From positions 4,960,001 through 5,024,000 of the forward strand of contig OZ210884.1 of NCBI GenBank assembly GCA_964658305.1: a stretch of 64,000 nt of DNA, in the 5' to 3' direction. This document shows, in pieces, positions 12,901-25,600 of this stretch (its first letter is position 1; each line of letters begins with the position of its first letter). Position numbers and translations under genes: made by a program. The notes below the pieces were generated by a model, which searched no databases, was not told the DNA's origin, and saw nothing but the letters and a program-made list of their open reading frames with translations. This DNA is from Leptogorgia sarmentosa. Taxonomy: Eukaryota.

Positions 12901-15900
12901 TAGAGAAAAGCAAATTGTCACTCTCCAATTTCTTAACCTAAAACATTATGTGCATGCATGCCGGCGGTTCGACTGCGCCCGTACGAACTTACCTTCCAAA
13001 GGCTCCATACGTGTTAACAATTCGAAGAGAATCGAATGATGTGTTCATAATTTGTCGCGATGAAAACAGGTTTTGCACGACAGGTATGCTCAAGTATACC
13101 AGCAATAGAGAAAGGAATACTTCCATTATCCAGCGTATTCGAAGACCTAAACAATCGTTTAGTAGGGGTCGGTTACACGAAATGTTGCTGGATATAGTAC
13201 AACCCACCGGATAGCTATTTTTTTAAATACGTTAGAGCGATAAACGAACAACGTTTCGAAGCTATCCTAGCTGGCCTCGTTATCAAGTTCAAATGGATAT
13301 TTTCACAGTTTGGACGTTCAAAAAATAATTTCATGGGGGAGCTAATTAGTATGAAATAACGCGCACAAATGCGCCAAGCTCACCAAACTCAAATATAACA
13401 AATCGCTTCGAAACGTTTTTCTTCAATAAAATGTTTTTTATATTGCTTTTCTTTATTCAAAAAGTTCAAAAAATTGCTTTTTGAAAAATTTTTTTAAGAT
13501 AGTTTCCAGGCACGAAAATAGAGCGTTATTTTCGGGGAGGGGAGCGGGAATTAAATGAACTTGCATATCTCAAATGGAAATAGTCGGGAAGAAAACGAAT
13601 ACATATACAGCACAGCATCCCAATTAACGCTTTAGTATCACCCCTGATGATCCCGTTTGTTTCCAAAACCATGCCTCACCTCTTGAAGGTCTTGGTGAAC
13701 GTCCTTCACAGTGTAATTTTTGTAGTTTAGCAACTTGTGTCCGTGCATGTGACGACACAGAGAAACACCACGCAAGTACTTTGTCATCAAAACACATTAT
13801 ACTTGGCAAAATGGTAAGCCAGTTAAGGAAACTTAGATTGCCACTTAGGATTAGAACAACCTACAGCACATAAAAAGACAATTATAAACTTGTAAATGGA
13901 CCAATGGCGTAATAGAAATGTTTTTGAAAATTTCAGAAACAATCACAGTGTCAAATATATTGTAAAATGTGAGGGGGAAACCTGCATATGAAATTTGAAC
14001 ATTTGGTGAATTCTGTACAAAACACTGAAAATATAGATCAGCATCTAGAAAGGTGTCAATTTTTCGTGTGTATAATACAAAAGAATGAAAAATTTGCAGG
14101 GTCATACTTTTTACATTTAGTTTGACATTTTTAATGCTGTGACCATGCTACTTATTTATAGGAAAAATGAACTCATGCCTTGTTCAACTTCTTCCAAAGT
14201 ACAAAGTTCAATTTTAAAGAAACTTCAAAAAAATTAAACTGACGGCTGTTATAAGGCTTATAGAAATTAACAAGGCCTAAATAACACGGCATTACTCGAA
14301 AGAAACCTGCCCAGTAATGGCCGGCCCCAGGCCTACGCTGCTCATAACTTAAATTTACATGAGCATGCATGCGAAGTCTAAACTCAATTTAAAATGACAT
14401 ACTAAAATGCAGAAATTATAGGCGCCCAATTAAGTCAAGCATCGAACTTTTCATGTACAAAACGTCGAATCTTCTTGTATCATTTAGACAATAAAGCTAA
14501 GTTTACACAAGCATAAATTTCAAAACGCTTTCACCATGATATAGGCAAACGCACCTGAAAAATAATCTGTACAACTCCGCATGTAACTGTTAATGGACCA
14601 GGAAGCAAGAGAAACCACGGAACAATGAGCTCAACAAAATGATTGCTGAGAGTTTCAAATTTATGGAATATCTCTGGTGATTGATGAAAATAATAACTGA
14701 TCGGATTTGGAACTGGTTGAGTCTGTGGAAAAAGAAATACATTCGGATAAATTGCCGTGTAGAATAGACTGGACGCAAAATTTAACCTGGAAAAAAATAC
14801 TTTATCGGGCTGGAAATCCATCCTATATAGACCAGGGGCCGGTTGTTCAAAAGCTGGTTAGTTTAACCCTGGGTTAACTTCAAATTCAAAGCAAATTCTC
14901 CAACAGTTTATTTATGAATTTAGAAATGTTTCTTCAGAAATCCTGCCTAGATCATTAAGAGTTTTCTTCTTTGAAGTTTCCAAGTAAACAGATGTGCACA
15001 AATACACAAATTAAAACACTGGGTTAAATTTAACCCAAGATTAGCCTTCACCTAGCTTTGAACAACCATCCGCTGTTGTACTTGCTCCATGCAGGGTTAC
15101 CTACATTCAATTGCATGCAAACCAAAGATCGCAGGTCCACCTCAATTAAGCTACTTTTCCGGTAATTATGTTCGTTGAAATCCACATAAAGCCAGTTAGT
15201 TTTTCCCAAAGCTATTTTTTTTGCGCGCGAGGCGAATTTTTTTTACCTCATGCAGCGCGCCGGCATCCCACATTCGTAGGTTCGATTCCTGCCGACGGTC
15301 CTTATAAAGTTTTTTTTTTTTCAAATGCCCGGGTTCACCCAATGAGAGGAAGTCCGAGAAAGCCGTTTATAAGATGTTGATTTATTGTGCCGCGTGTTTA
15401 CAGTACCTGATAGTGGTAATTCATGCACGTCAAATCCCTCCAACATTGATCACCCCGGATTTTTATCATTCCCTATGAAAAACAATCGATTAACTGGCTA
15501 TAAAATTTGATTGCTAGAATATAGGTTAAATGGCAGCACATCGAGGAGCCTTAGGGTAAGCTCAAGATGACAGTGGGCTGTGAGCAGCACTAAAGTTCCA
15601 AGAAATTTCCAAGCCTTTTCAGGTAATTTCGGTGAAATTTAGAGCACAATGCAAAAAAAAGGATTGCTCGGCAGGCTTATACCTGGTGATACCTTTTCAT
15701 TTTTTAATTTACGCCATCGCGTACAACAGTAGCTGTATAAACAACTTCTAAAACAGAACTACAGCGTACTCTACAGTTGGAAAAAATGTTTCGAAAATTA
15801 TATGTGTAGGAAGCAGCAAATGTTCTACTCATTACTTAAATAATAGAATAAGACTCGAACACTCGCCTTTGCCTTAGCTGCTTGTTGGTGCCTTAGCTGC

Positions 15901-18900
15901 TTATTGCATCGAGTATAGTACAGGAAAAATATTGTAGAGGAAGTAAGCAGTATATCATGTATTGTATATACTGTATTATATACGCCTCGTTATATTCAGG
16001 TCGTTTTATTGGTTAATTATGGTCACGTGATGTTGAATAGTAAGTTCCATTTCCAAAGAGTGCAATAGTACGAATACTATTAACCTAATAATACTACTCG
16101 GCTGTCGCCTCATTGAATAGAACATTTCATCTTTCACCTCATGAAAATATTCTTACTATTGCACTCATATTATAGAAGTTAGGCTTTTAATATACAATAA
16201 TCATTATAGCTCTTAATTTAAATAGCTACTCACAGCGCCAAACATGATTCTAAATAAGAGCCATCGGTATCCGAAAACAACAACCCATGACGTTGGAGTG
16301 TGCTCAGGAATCTGACGGAGTTTCAGAACTGGGCATAGAAATATTGCAAGAAATCCTGTCTCCAGCAACTGGGATTCCCAACCTAGAATATACAGAAATA
16401 TTGTCGGCTTTTCTCCAAAGTCGCTCCGTTATGTCGTACGTAAAGTTACTACGGATAATGAAATGAGCGTTACGACGTTGCGCTAAAGGAGGTGTTAGGA
16501 AAACGACGACTGAGATAAAAGGAAAATACATTGATATTACCACGTTGAGTTACTCTATGAGCTGCAGGCTGCACTCCTGCAGCGCACTGCTTCAAACGTG
16601 TGTTTGATCAACCATGCATATAAAACCCATTTACAAAATGAGTCAGTAGCAGGAACTCAGATACAGTGGCATATAGCTTAGAAATATTTCTAAAAGTGGG
16701 AATATTAGAGTCGACAACAAGTGCTACCATACGCGATTGTTTTATCATCATTTGGACTTTTCTAAAAGATATGCAAGATATATTCCAATAAAGTACTCTC
16801 AGTGAAATAAATATTACAGGTACAAAATGGATATCGTTGCCATACCAAAAGAATACCTAAAAAGAAAATCAAGAATTTTTACGCAGGTAAAATAATTATG
16901 TAGGTAAAAAATAGAAGCCAAGCATGGTAAAGTCAATAGTTTCTCATAAATGAGCAATTTTAGGAATCATTTGCGTGCATACTAACAGCAACTTTTCAAT
17001 AAAAATCTGTGCGTCATACTTGGAATGTAATATGAAAATAATAACCATAAGTTTCATATCATACTTTTACAACACCACAATGAAACTGCTATCAATGTAT
17101 AATCAGTATAAACAGATAGCAGAAAAAAGGACGTGGATTTTGGTGGAGATGGAAAGATTTTTTAAAAAATTAGAACTTTTATGCGTTTTTACTTTTAACG
17201 AATCCTGGGTTTTACCAATTGCAGATTCGGTAAAGCACTCTTACCATCGTTGTCCAACATTGACCAACGAATGATACAAAATCCACAGCAGAAGCATTAT
17301 GACCATGTTACAACATCCAGTATAAAACACAAACAGCGACAATAAGGCACCACAGTAGGCAAGTAAATCTAAATATTTGTCAATTTCTTCTGGGTTCACT
17401 GCCCATAGCAAGGTTGGTACTGCTTGAAATGAGGACCATCCAGATTTTCCTCCGAAGTAATTCTTGACATGATTGAGGAAGTTGGGTATTGGTAAAAGTC
17501 CATCAACTCCAAGTAGCTGTTTGTTTTGGTTCAAAGCCACAAGAAATGCCACAACTGGAATAAAATACATGCATTCTGCAGTTAGTCTACCCAACGGTGA
17601 GGGCAAGAAAAACTATGGGGAAACAACAGATGAGGGCTCAGCTGCCCCTCCCCCCCCAAAAAAAAAATCCAAGCCGAAAAATGGGGCAAATTTTGAGCAT
17701 TAGTAAGGCAATAATCTAAGGAATAAGGTTCGTTCACTCACGGTTCACTGAACGAACACACCAAGAAAGTGGAGTAAGAAATCCTCATTTCTGGTAATTT
17801 AGAGGCTCCAAATGTCAAAACGCCTCGTTACATTCGCTACCCTCAAATTTGGACAATATGCCCCCCTGAAAAAATGTAGCCCGTACACCTATGCGAGCCT
17901 TCTCGTTTTTTCTTTAGGTGTGCTGTGATTATTGATGTGTTTGGTTACAAACAAAATAAAAAGGGCTTCAAAAATTGCAAATGGGGCTGCTCAATTTTAT
18001 CATGGATATGAGCAAGGAAACAGAATATTAAAGGGTTATTGGTACTGTGAAATTATCAGACGGATGTTTGATAGTATGGGCCAAGCGACGAAGCAGAGAT
18101 TATATGGCTGAAATGAGTCTGTAAGCATATTCTTTTTGCGCGATCGGCTGTCATTAGTTTCACTGGGTAACAGTATGCAGTAGACATACATGCTCAATCA
18201 AAAACGCAAAGCGAAAATTTCCCCCAAATAAACGATATCTGGTCCAGATACAGAAAACTACGGTCCGGAAATGGGTTTTTATGCAGTCACGCTTGTCAAC
18301 CAAACGAATCAGAATAGAGAATATTGAAAAGCCATGTAATAATGTGCAGATTATTTATAAGGGAGCTGAAGAAAATGCTTGGATAGAACATCCTAGTACA
18401 GGCATCAGTGACAAGAAGTCGTTGCAAGATGAGGCAGTATGGTAAGGTCAATTCATAAGTTTCTGCAGGTAATTCCATGTGAACGGTGGTGAAACGGAGT
18501 CCATGGGTCTATAACCATATTCATCACTGCAGATGGCTATTCTGGATTCTCATACAACCAGTGGAAACTTTATTGCACTTCGAATAATACAATTATAATT
18601 AAAGCAATTAGATATACATTGATATCATTCTTTAGATCAACTTGCCAATGCATGGCAGTTCCAAGATGGATAAATATATTCACGTATATGCATATACTGT
18701 GGTGGTAATTGCACAATGTTTTGTAATTCAATATCATTATGTACAGGCAAACTACTGTAGGACTGGACCAATTGTTTATTATTCAGTTTATATAATATAT
18801 TGTACATGAAAATGCACTTCTTTTCACAAAGAAAACCACTAGACCTCCCGATCTCTTGGAAGGACAATGGATAAAGGCTGAGTTCGTGACAAAATCAATG

Positions 18901-19477
18901 GATAATGAGATTCTTTTGTTGATTACAGGTATACCACCAATATGGCAGCTGTGACATAACATGCAATTGAACTATATTCCATTACGAAGATAAAGTTGCA
19001 TGCCTGCAAAAAAAAATTAACTTATTTTTCACACTATAAATATTATCCATTAGTTATTTAGGTACTCTCTTTACCGACTCCAGTCTAACATGAGTAAAAT
19101 CACACACATCCAGTTTTAATAATTGTTATAATTTCTCGAGATCAAGTTGATTCTGTTCTATTGTCACCCAGTCCAAACTGCAAAAGCACTTTGTGAAGTT
19201 CACAACAAGAAAACCAGATTGCGATCATTTAAATTGCACAATATATACTGTGATAATGGTGCATAAACTTACAGTATACAAATGCCAACGACCTCAGAAA
19301 AACAATCCTTGTGAGCCAGTATGTGCCTGCTTGAAGCTTACTCTCTGGAAATTCTGCTTCTACTCCATTTGAACTCGGTGTTTGCGGTGGAACTGGTTCA
19401 ACTTCGGTAACTTTTGAAGGTTTATTTTCATCATTTTTAACACGACGATGAAATATACCATCATTGTTGGTCGCCAT
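6997..19477 (-). CDS. LMF1: Lipase maturation factor 1, 11 coding exons, ~570 aa
   Basis: Exons 19477-19273, 17554-17245, 16856-16846, 16382-16234, 15472-15407, 14722-14555, 13860-13680, 13146-12993, 8633-8450, 8152-8040, 7168-6997, all GT-AG and in phase (1713 nt). Motifs TYWLTRIVFLRSLAFVY, GQRWYSFGWESQLLETGF, WRDLTCMNYHYQTQPVPNP, NTYGAFGSVTKER, PYHYRLDWLMWFAAFQ. Confidence 0.96.
7248..7657. mobile_element. MITE, copy 1 of a family also at ~49815-50198
   Basis: Starts TAGCCTTTTTCAC..GCGACCAGACCTTAAAATCCGCC and ends ..CGGATTTAAACTTGGTC..AGAAAGGCT; colinear similarity with the 49.8-50.2 kb copy along its length. Confidence 0.7.
11012..11952 (+). CDS. Intronless class A (rhodopsin-like, amine/adenosine-receptor-like) GPCR nested antisense in LMF1 intron 8; apparent 1-nt frameshift near 11048-11052
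   Basis: GN in TM1, NLALADLL in TM2, DRY after TM3, NSIVNAFIY in TM7. The long ORF (10963-11952) has no in-frame ATG before the middle of the protein, and the ATG at 11012 is offset by one base. TATA-like TATATAAATAA at ~10922. Confidence 0.85.
14836..15072. mobile_element. Harbinger-like MITE (GGGCCGGTTG TIR family)
   Basis: CAG|GGGCCGGTTGTTCAAAAGCTGG ... CTAGCTTTGAACAACCATCCG|CTG; degenerate right TIR. Confidence 0.6.
15985..16169. repeat. Dispersed repeat; second copy at 57968-58109
   Basis: Shared blocks ATTCAGGTCGTTT.ATTGGTTAATTATGGTCACGTGA and ATGAAAATATTCTTAC.ATTGCACTCATA. Confidence 0.7.
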
Positions 19478-19594
19478 TTTGAATAATTGTCTGGTGATCA
19501 AAAATCAAAAGGTGCCGCCAAAAAACAAAATGGCCGAACAACATCAAAGTTCATGATGTTTACGAAGAATAGGAACATCAAAAATTAAATCCAG

Positions 19595-19729
19595 GGGCCA
19601 GTTGTATAAAAACGTAGTTAAAGTTAACTATAGTTAAGTGCGAAAATTGATCAATCAGAAACGCGTATTTCAAAGTTAACTACCATTTAACTACAAAACG
19701 GATAGTTAAGAGTTTTATACAACCGACCC
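19595..19729. mobile_element. Harbinger-like MITE with CAG target-site duplication
   Basis: CAG|GGGCCAGTTGTATAAAAAC ... GTTTTATACAACCGACCC|CAG; a related copy lies at ~4283-4444. Confidence 0.75.
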
Positions 19730-21004
19730 CAGCACTTTAGAATAGATAGATTAACGTGAAGCTAACTTATCTCTCGATGGCGGTAGCGAAACAAATCAAT
19801 TTCGCGGGATAGTCTCAACAAATGGGCTGACTGACATAATTCCAGGCGGAGGGGGAATGCCTCCCCTCTCCCCACCCTCTTCCACAATTATGGCTTTGTT
19901 TTACTTGTACATCTTCACTTATTATTAACGTATTTCACAAAATTAAATTTGTAATTTTTCTCACTCGGCGCCAACCATAAGGGTACATGCCTCGAGGATT
20001 TGCCCCCATCCCATATACCTTTCTTTTCCCGGCCACTCCCTAGCCCCCTCATCGAGGAACAGAGGAACATCAGTCCGTCCATTGAGTATTGCTGGCCCTC
20101 CCTCTGATGTTTAATAATTAATTGTCCACCCAATTTGGTCGAAATTTTAATATCTGAGGAAATATTATCTGTCAAAGTGTCAGTTAAAACACGAGAATTA
20201 AAACATGTAAAAGATCAAGTTTGATTTATTAATTGTTCGCCCAATTTAATTTGTTCAAAAAAACATTATTGTTTGTCAAAATGTTAAAAAAAGGAAGTCG
20301 ATAATGGATGGATACTGTTTATATTATGTACAATTGACCTATAACTGCTGTGAATTGTGATATAATGTTGGGATCTTGAGATAAGAACAAATACATGTAA
20401 TTCTAAAACAGGTTTAGTGCATGGGTAATGCTGATGCTGTGATGCAGGACAAAAAATGCTGATGCACGACGAGAAATGCTGATGCAGGACAAAAAGTAAA
20501 CGCAGCATTCGGTCTTAAAAACAAAATTCAAAAATTCAAAATTTTATTTGAAAAATTTAAATCCGCCACAATGACAGTTGAAAATATAATTTCAGCTGTC
20601 ACTTCAATCTATTCACGAATGGCTTTCTTCTATAACGATATTTAGTGGTCGACTACGCTTTTATTCTTAATTACAACCGATTTACATTCGCAAATTAAAG
20701 TACAGTACGTTGTTGAGTTTGACATGCCGCCGAATTTTTCATTATGGCGAATTATGGTTTAGTTCATTTTTGCTACGTATTAATTAATTTTTCAAAATTA
20801 AAATTCGTGAAAGATCACTTGTGATTAATTTCCCATCAGTTTTAATATGTCCAAAGGAACTTTGTTTGTCAAATTAAAATGTTAAAAAATGGCATGTGGC
20901 CCGAAAATATTATTCATCAACTATTGTGTTCTCATTCAGAACTTGTGATAAGTGCTGCAAATGGTACTAGCTAATTCAGGTTGGTTGGCAAAGTGCACGG
21001 AAAT

Positions 21005-21943
21005 ATGTCAACGAATTTGATCACAACAATTTGCTATGGGATCATTGGACTGTTTGGTCTATGTGGTAATATTCTTGTGATATGGACGCTGTGCAAAGGT
21101 CGTCGTCGCCTTCAAACAAATTACTATCGTCTTGTATTTCATCTCGCTATTTGTGATATAACGTTGCTGTTGATAGGTAATGCTTTCTTCACAGTTGAAC
21201 CTTGGCTAGAAAAGCAATTTTGGTTCAGTGAGATCAGAATGATATCATGCATCATAGTATTTCCGCTTCTCAGCTGTATCTATACCACAGTACTTGCACT
21301 TCTCGTCGTTATTGCAATTTTGCGTCACAAAGCGATTACAAGACCGTTTGAACCAAGCTTGACAGCGAGGAAGCTTCGATACGTCATCATATTGGTTTAC
21401 ATCACTCCTTTGTTCCTTCACGTGCCACAATTTTTCTCTCAACAATATGTAGATAAATTGTGCATCAACAAATGGAGCTCCAGCACATTCTATCATGTGT
21501 ATAGCTGGACCATCGATCTTGGAATCATTTTTATTGCTATGATCTTTCTTCTTGTGTTATATACGAAGATGTGTTACGCAATGGCACTTCATCAGAAAAA
21601 CATAAGGACATTGTTTTCCCCGCAGATAACAAGACCTGGTAGGACTCCCGAGATTGATCACGTAAACAAAGTTGCTAACTATTTCCGCGTGGGGAAAAAT
21701 GCAAAAATGATAATCGTGAGTGTGATAGTTTTGGCACAATTCTTCATTGCAGTTTTACCAATTCGTGTGTTGGGAAAAATTGTAGCGCATGGCAGCAAAG
21801 AAGACGAGTTTCATATGAGATGGATGTTACCATTGTATTTTCTCGTATCTTGTTCGTTCAATCCTATCGTTTACGCATTTGGGGACAAAACAATCCTTGA
21901 AGGATATAAGACGGTGTTATCTAATCTGTTTTCTTGTAAATGA
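21005..21943 (+). CDS. Single-coding-exon class A GPCR (orphan, neuropeptide-receptor-like), 312 aa
   Basis: Seven hydrophobic segments; GN (TM1), LAICD (TM2), LRH at the DRY position, NPIVY (TM7). ATG at 21005 within ORF 20981-21943. Confidence 0.88.
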   Translation: MSTNLITTICYGIIGLFGLCGNILVIWTLCKGRRRLQTNYYRLVFHLAICDITLLLIGNAFFTVEPWLEKQFWFSEIRMISCIIVFPLLSCIYTTVLALLVVIAILRHKAITRPFEPSLTARKLRYVIILVYITPLFLHVPQFFSQQYVDKLCINKWSSSTFYHVYSWTIDLGIIFIAMIFLLVLYTKMCYAMALHQKNIRTLFSPQITRPGRTPEIDHVNKVANYFRVGKNAKMIIVSVIVLAQFFIAVLPIRVLGKIVAHGSKEDEFHMRWMLPLYFLVSCSFNPIVYAFGDKTILEGYKTVLSNLFSCK

Positions 21944-22679
21944 TCGTGAGGTTATTCTCATTTAGAATAAAGAAAGGACCCTTAACCTTATCATTAGCTA
22001 CTACAATTCAAAACAATCCTGGATATTTTTATTTATATAAAGTAGCTACACAAAAACAGCCAACTTTGCATATAATTTCATATAATTTCCTTACGTTACA
22101 ATATATAACAAGTAAACTTTGTAATTTCGCCAAATTTAGGATGCTGTTTTAAGTTGTGATGATAGAATTTCTTATTTGAAAGTGTAACTATATTAGATTG
22201 AAGTAATATTAAAAAGCGGTTTTCATTCGTGTGAATGATGAAAGCTAAACTGGTGCTGCTTGTTCACCTATGGTATTTAACCCTGGGCAAGTAGCGCGCT
22301 GCAATGACAGCATCAAGATCGATCACAAGTTATCCAAACGATCCGATTTAGACGTTTCACGCCGCAGAAAACGCACAAAAACTGAATAACATATGCACGC
22401 GCCGCTCCAAATCATGGATACCCAATTGATGCACGTTAATGAAATAACATTCAGTTTATAAAAAGTGAACATTAAATTTGAACATTTGATTGAATACCTG
22501 TTCATATGAGGAAAATTGACTTTTTTAACAACCTTTCGAAAATTAAATTGCCTATTTTAAATTATTTTTATGGTAATACCACCCACGCAATAGAGACTGT
22601 AATTTTATCCTGTAGGTTCCGGTATTGGTTTATGAACAAATCGCCCGGTCGATTTGACCAAAATATCTCCATTTGTACA

Positions 22680-25600
22680 ATGTATTTCTTCCTAATTACC
22701 ATCGTAATCATCGTGGTATTTCTTGCATTTCTTTACAAGAGCATGGAGGTAGATATAATGTTGAAATATTACGAATTATGTGGCAAGAAAGTCGAGGAAT
22801 TGCAAGGTCAAGTTGTATGGATCACTGGAGCTTCAAGCGGTATTGGCGAACATTTGGCGTATAAACTGGCCAGTGTTGGCTGTAAATTGATTCTTTCCTC
22901 GAGAAGAAAGGACGAATTAGAGCGGGTAAAGATAAAATGTTTCGGTGAGGATAAAATGCTAAATATACCAACGTGCAGAGTCAACATTTACAATCATAAC
23001 ATGAGCTAATTTGCAAGATGTGAATATATATAATTGAATATATACACTACACCATATTATTCTCTCTCACAGTATTCTCCAATACGGCGTTCTTCGTAGT
23101 CAAACTCCTCCATCTTGTAATTTACATATTTCAAAGTAGGGATCACTATACGATAGGTATCGTGCTGAATGTATTTCATTACTCTATGGTACACAGATTG
23201 CCCAACTTGTAGGCAGTAGTAGCGTATTTATACGCTGAAATGTAACTTATAAAATATTTATAACTAGAAGTTACTATAGCAGAGGAAGTGCTGTTGTAAA
23301 CCCGACAGAAGTTTGAGAACTTTGGGTAGCTGCCTGATGCAGCACTCAACACTCAACAGGCGAATTAATTTGATAAATCGTAAAAACCCATATATTTATA
23401 TCTGCGTATTATGCATTAAAACATTGTCATTCAGTAACAACATGCATGGATATTTGTCATTGCTTAAATAAATGAATGTTATATTAATAAGATGACTAAC
23501 ACGAATACTAGCTAGTACTGTCCGATAGGTAAAATTCCATAATTCTGACAGTTTAAACAGGGACCATAAGACTGTACAATCACCCTCTCATTTTAAGCAG
23601 CGGGCATTACTGTAATTACAGTATGATTGAAGTGTATTATGGCAAAAATGCCTTCAATCATGCAATTAATCGATTTCACGTAATACAAAGTTCATGGTCT
23701 TGCTCAATTTATAGAAATAACCAGTAAGAAAAACAGAAATGTTGATATGGAAAAAGACTTTCTTGTTTTACCATTGGATCTTACCAAAATTGAGACACAT
23801 GAAGAGGCCGTGCAAACTGTCCTGAACCATTTTAGCAAGGTAGGAATACTTTCACCTTTGACAAGAAAGTTTGAAAATACTTATAGACCCTACCGGAAAA
23901 CTCGTCAGTATCAGTAAACTCCAAAGCGAGGCTGAATCACAAAGCCCTATTGGCGCATCACGAATTATTTAATCGCTGCGGTTAGCGACAGCATAGAGCC
24001 TTATAAAATTTGACAAATTTCACATTCTTGCTTTGCGCGCCATCTGTGTTTACATTTTTGCAAAATAAAAACTAAAAAACATTGTTAATACGCGCCTTAG
24101 CGATTCAGCTTTCAGAGTTCCCTTACTTATAATGCTTTCCAGAAGAGTGTATCGTATTGACATCATGCTTATGAAACAACGTCGAGACTACATTTTCAAA
24201 CTCATATCTTTTGAACCATTAACGTCGAATCTGCGTTGAAATAATTGGAGATTATTGGAGAATTAAATAAGTTTCATTTTAACATTTCAACTATATATTG
24301 AAATTCATAATTATCAGCTATGCGGTGAATGAATTAAACGAACAACATATAGATTTTATCACACAACCACGCGGCTGATTTACTAGATACATAGAGTATT
24401 TTCAACTGATGAAAATTGCATCAAACCCGTATACGGAATAAAGGTAGCCACGGGTATAGTCCTTGCAGTATCTATAATACAACGTATTGACGACAACTAT
24501 GAACTATGGAAAACATGATATAAACACTGTATATTATATTGATTTATTTCAATCTCCATTTTAGCCAATCTATTTACATTCATTAGTGCAATCAATGGCG
24601 TAATGGGAGCTGTTTAACAGCGATTTTAATTTTCCGAAACATTACAAACATTTTACATTTACCAGTACATGACAATGCGTCGGGCATGCTCATGATTTTT
24701 TCAGGCATTTCGAGTGTGGCGTATAAGCAAAATAAAAGCACTAATGTTGAGAAGATGGTCAACTAGTTTTTTTCCGAATAATAAACGCGCTACCGATATT
24801 CAATGTTTTCATTCTTTGTAGATAATGGATTGCTTCTGAATTTTCCAACAGATAGATATTCTCGTGAACAACAGCGGAAGATCACAACGTGGTATGATCG
24901 TGAACACAGAAATAAAAGTAGATCAACAATTATTTGAATTGAATGTGATTGGAACAATATCTTTAACCAAATTCGTCCTTCCGCATATGGTAAAGAGAAA
25001 TGCTGGACATATTGTAGTTGTTAGCAGTATCACTGGGAAAATTGGTAAGTCATTTACCTATCCATGCAATTATATCTTCTATTGAAAAATCTGTCTTACA
25101 TCCAGAAATAATTCAACGATTTTTCTAGTCTGGGAAAGTAACTGGAATATTTGCAGATAGTATTTGAAACAAAAGGCATGCACTCCCGTACATGTATGTG
25201 GAGTACTCTCTGAGCAGTGTGTGCTGAACGAAATGTTCGCGCGACTCTAAACTTGTCGCGTAATGGCGCCACAATTTCGTAGTTATTTTTTCCTCTACGA
25301 TGTTCTAGACGCAAAATTCTACCAAAACACTTCCAAAACAAACGATTTCCGTATTCTTCTTGTTCTGGTTTCGCTACTTATAGTATAGGTTATCCCAAAT
25401 AGACTGCTTCATGGATCTTTGCCAATCAATGGTTTATAGTCCTCAGTGCTACACTCAACTTACACTAGGCATGTATTGAAGTTGAACAAAAAAATTTCCC
25501 TTAACCCTAAAAGTTTGTTCTGAAATTTCACTGTCATATTTGAATATCCGCGAAATAATGAACATGATAAACTGACCATTTAGGCCTTCCCACAATAGCA

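Noticed and set aside
17950..19100. Coding-like composition in LMF1 intron 1
   Set aside because: No frame examined gave a recognisable motif; left unassigned.
22506..22679. Upstream in-frame extension of the DHRS7 ORF
   Set aside because: The signal anchor begins at ATG 22680; the extension is AT-rich with no SDR-like features.
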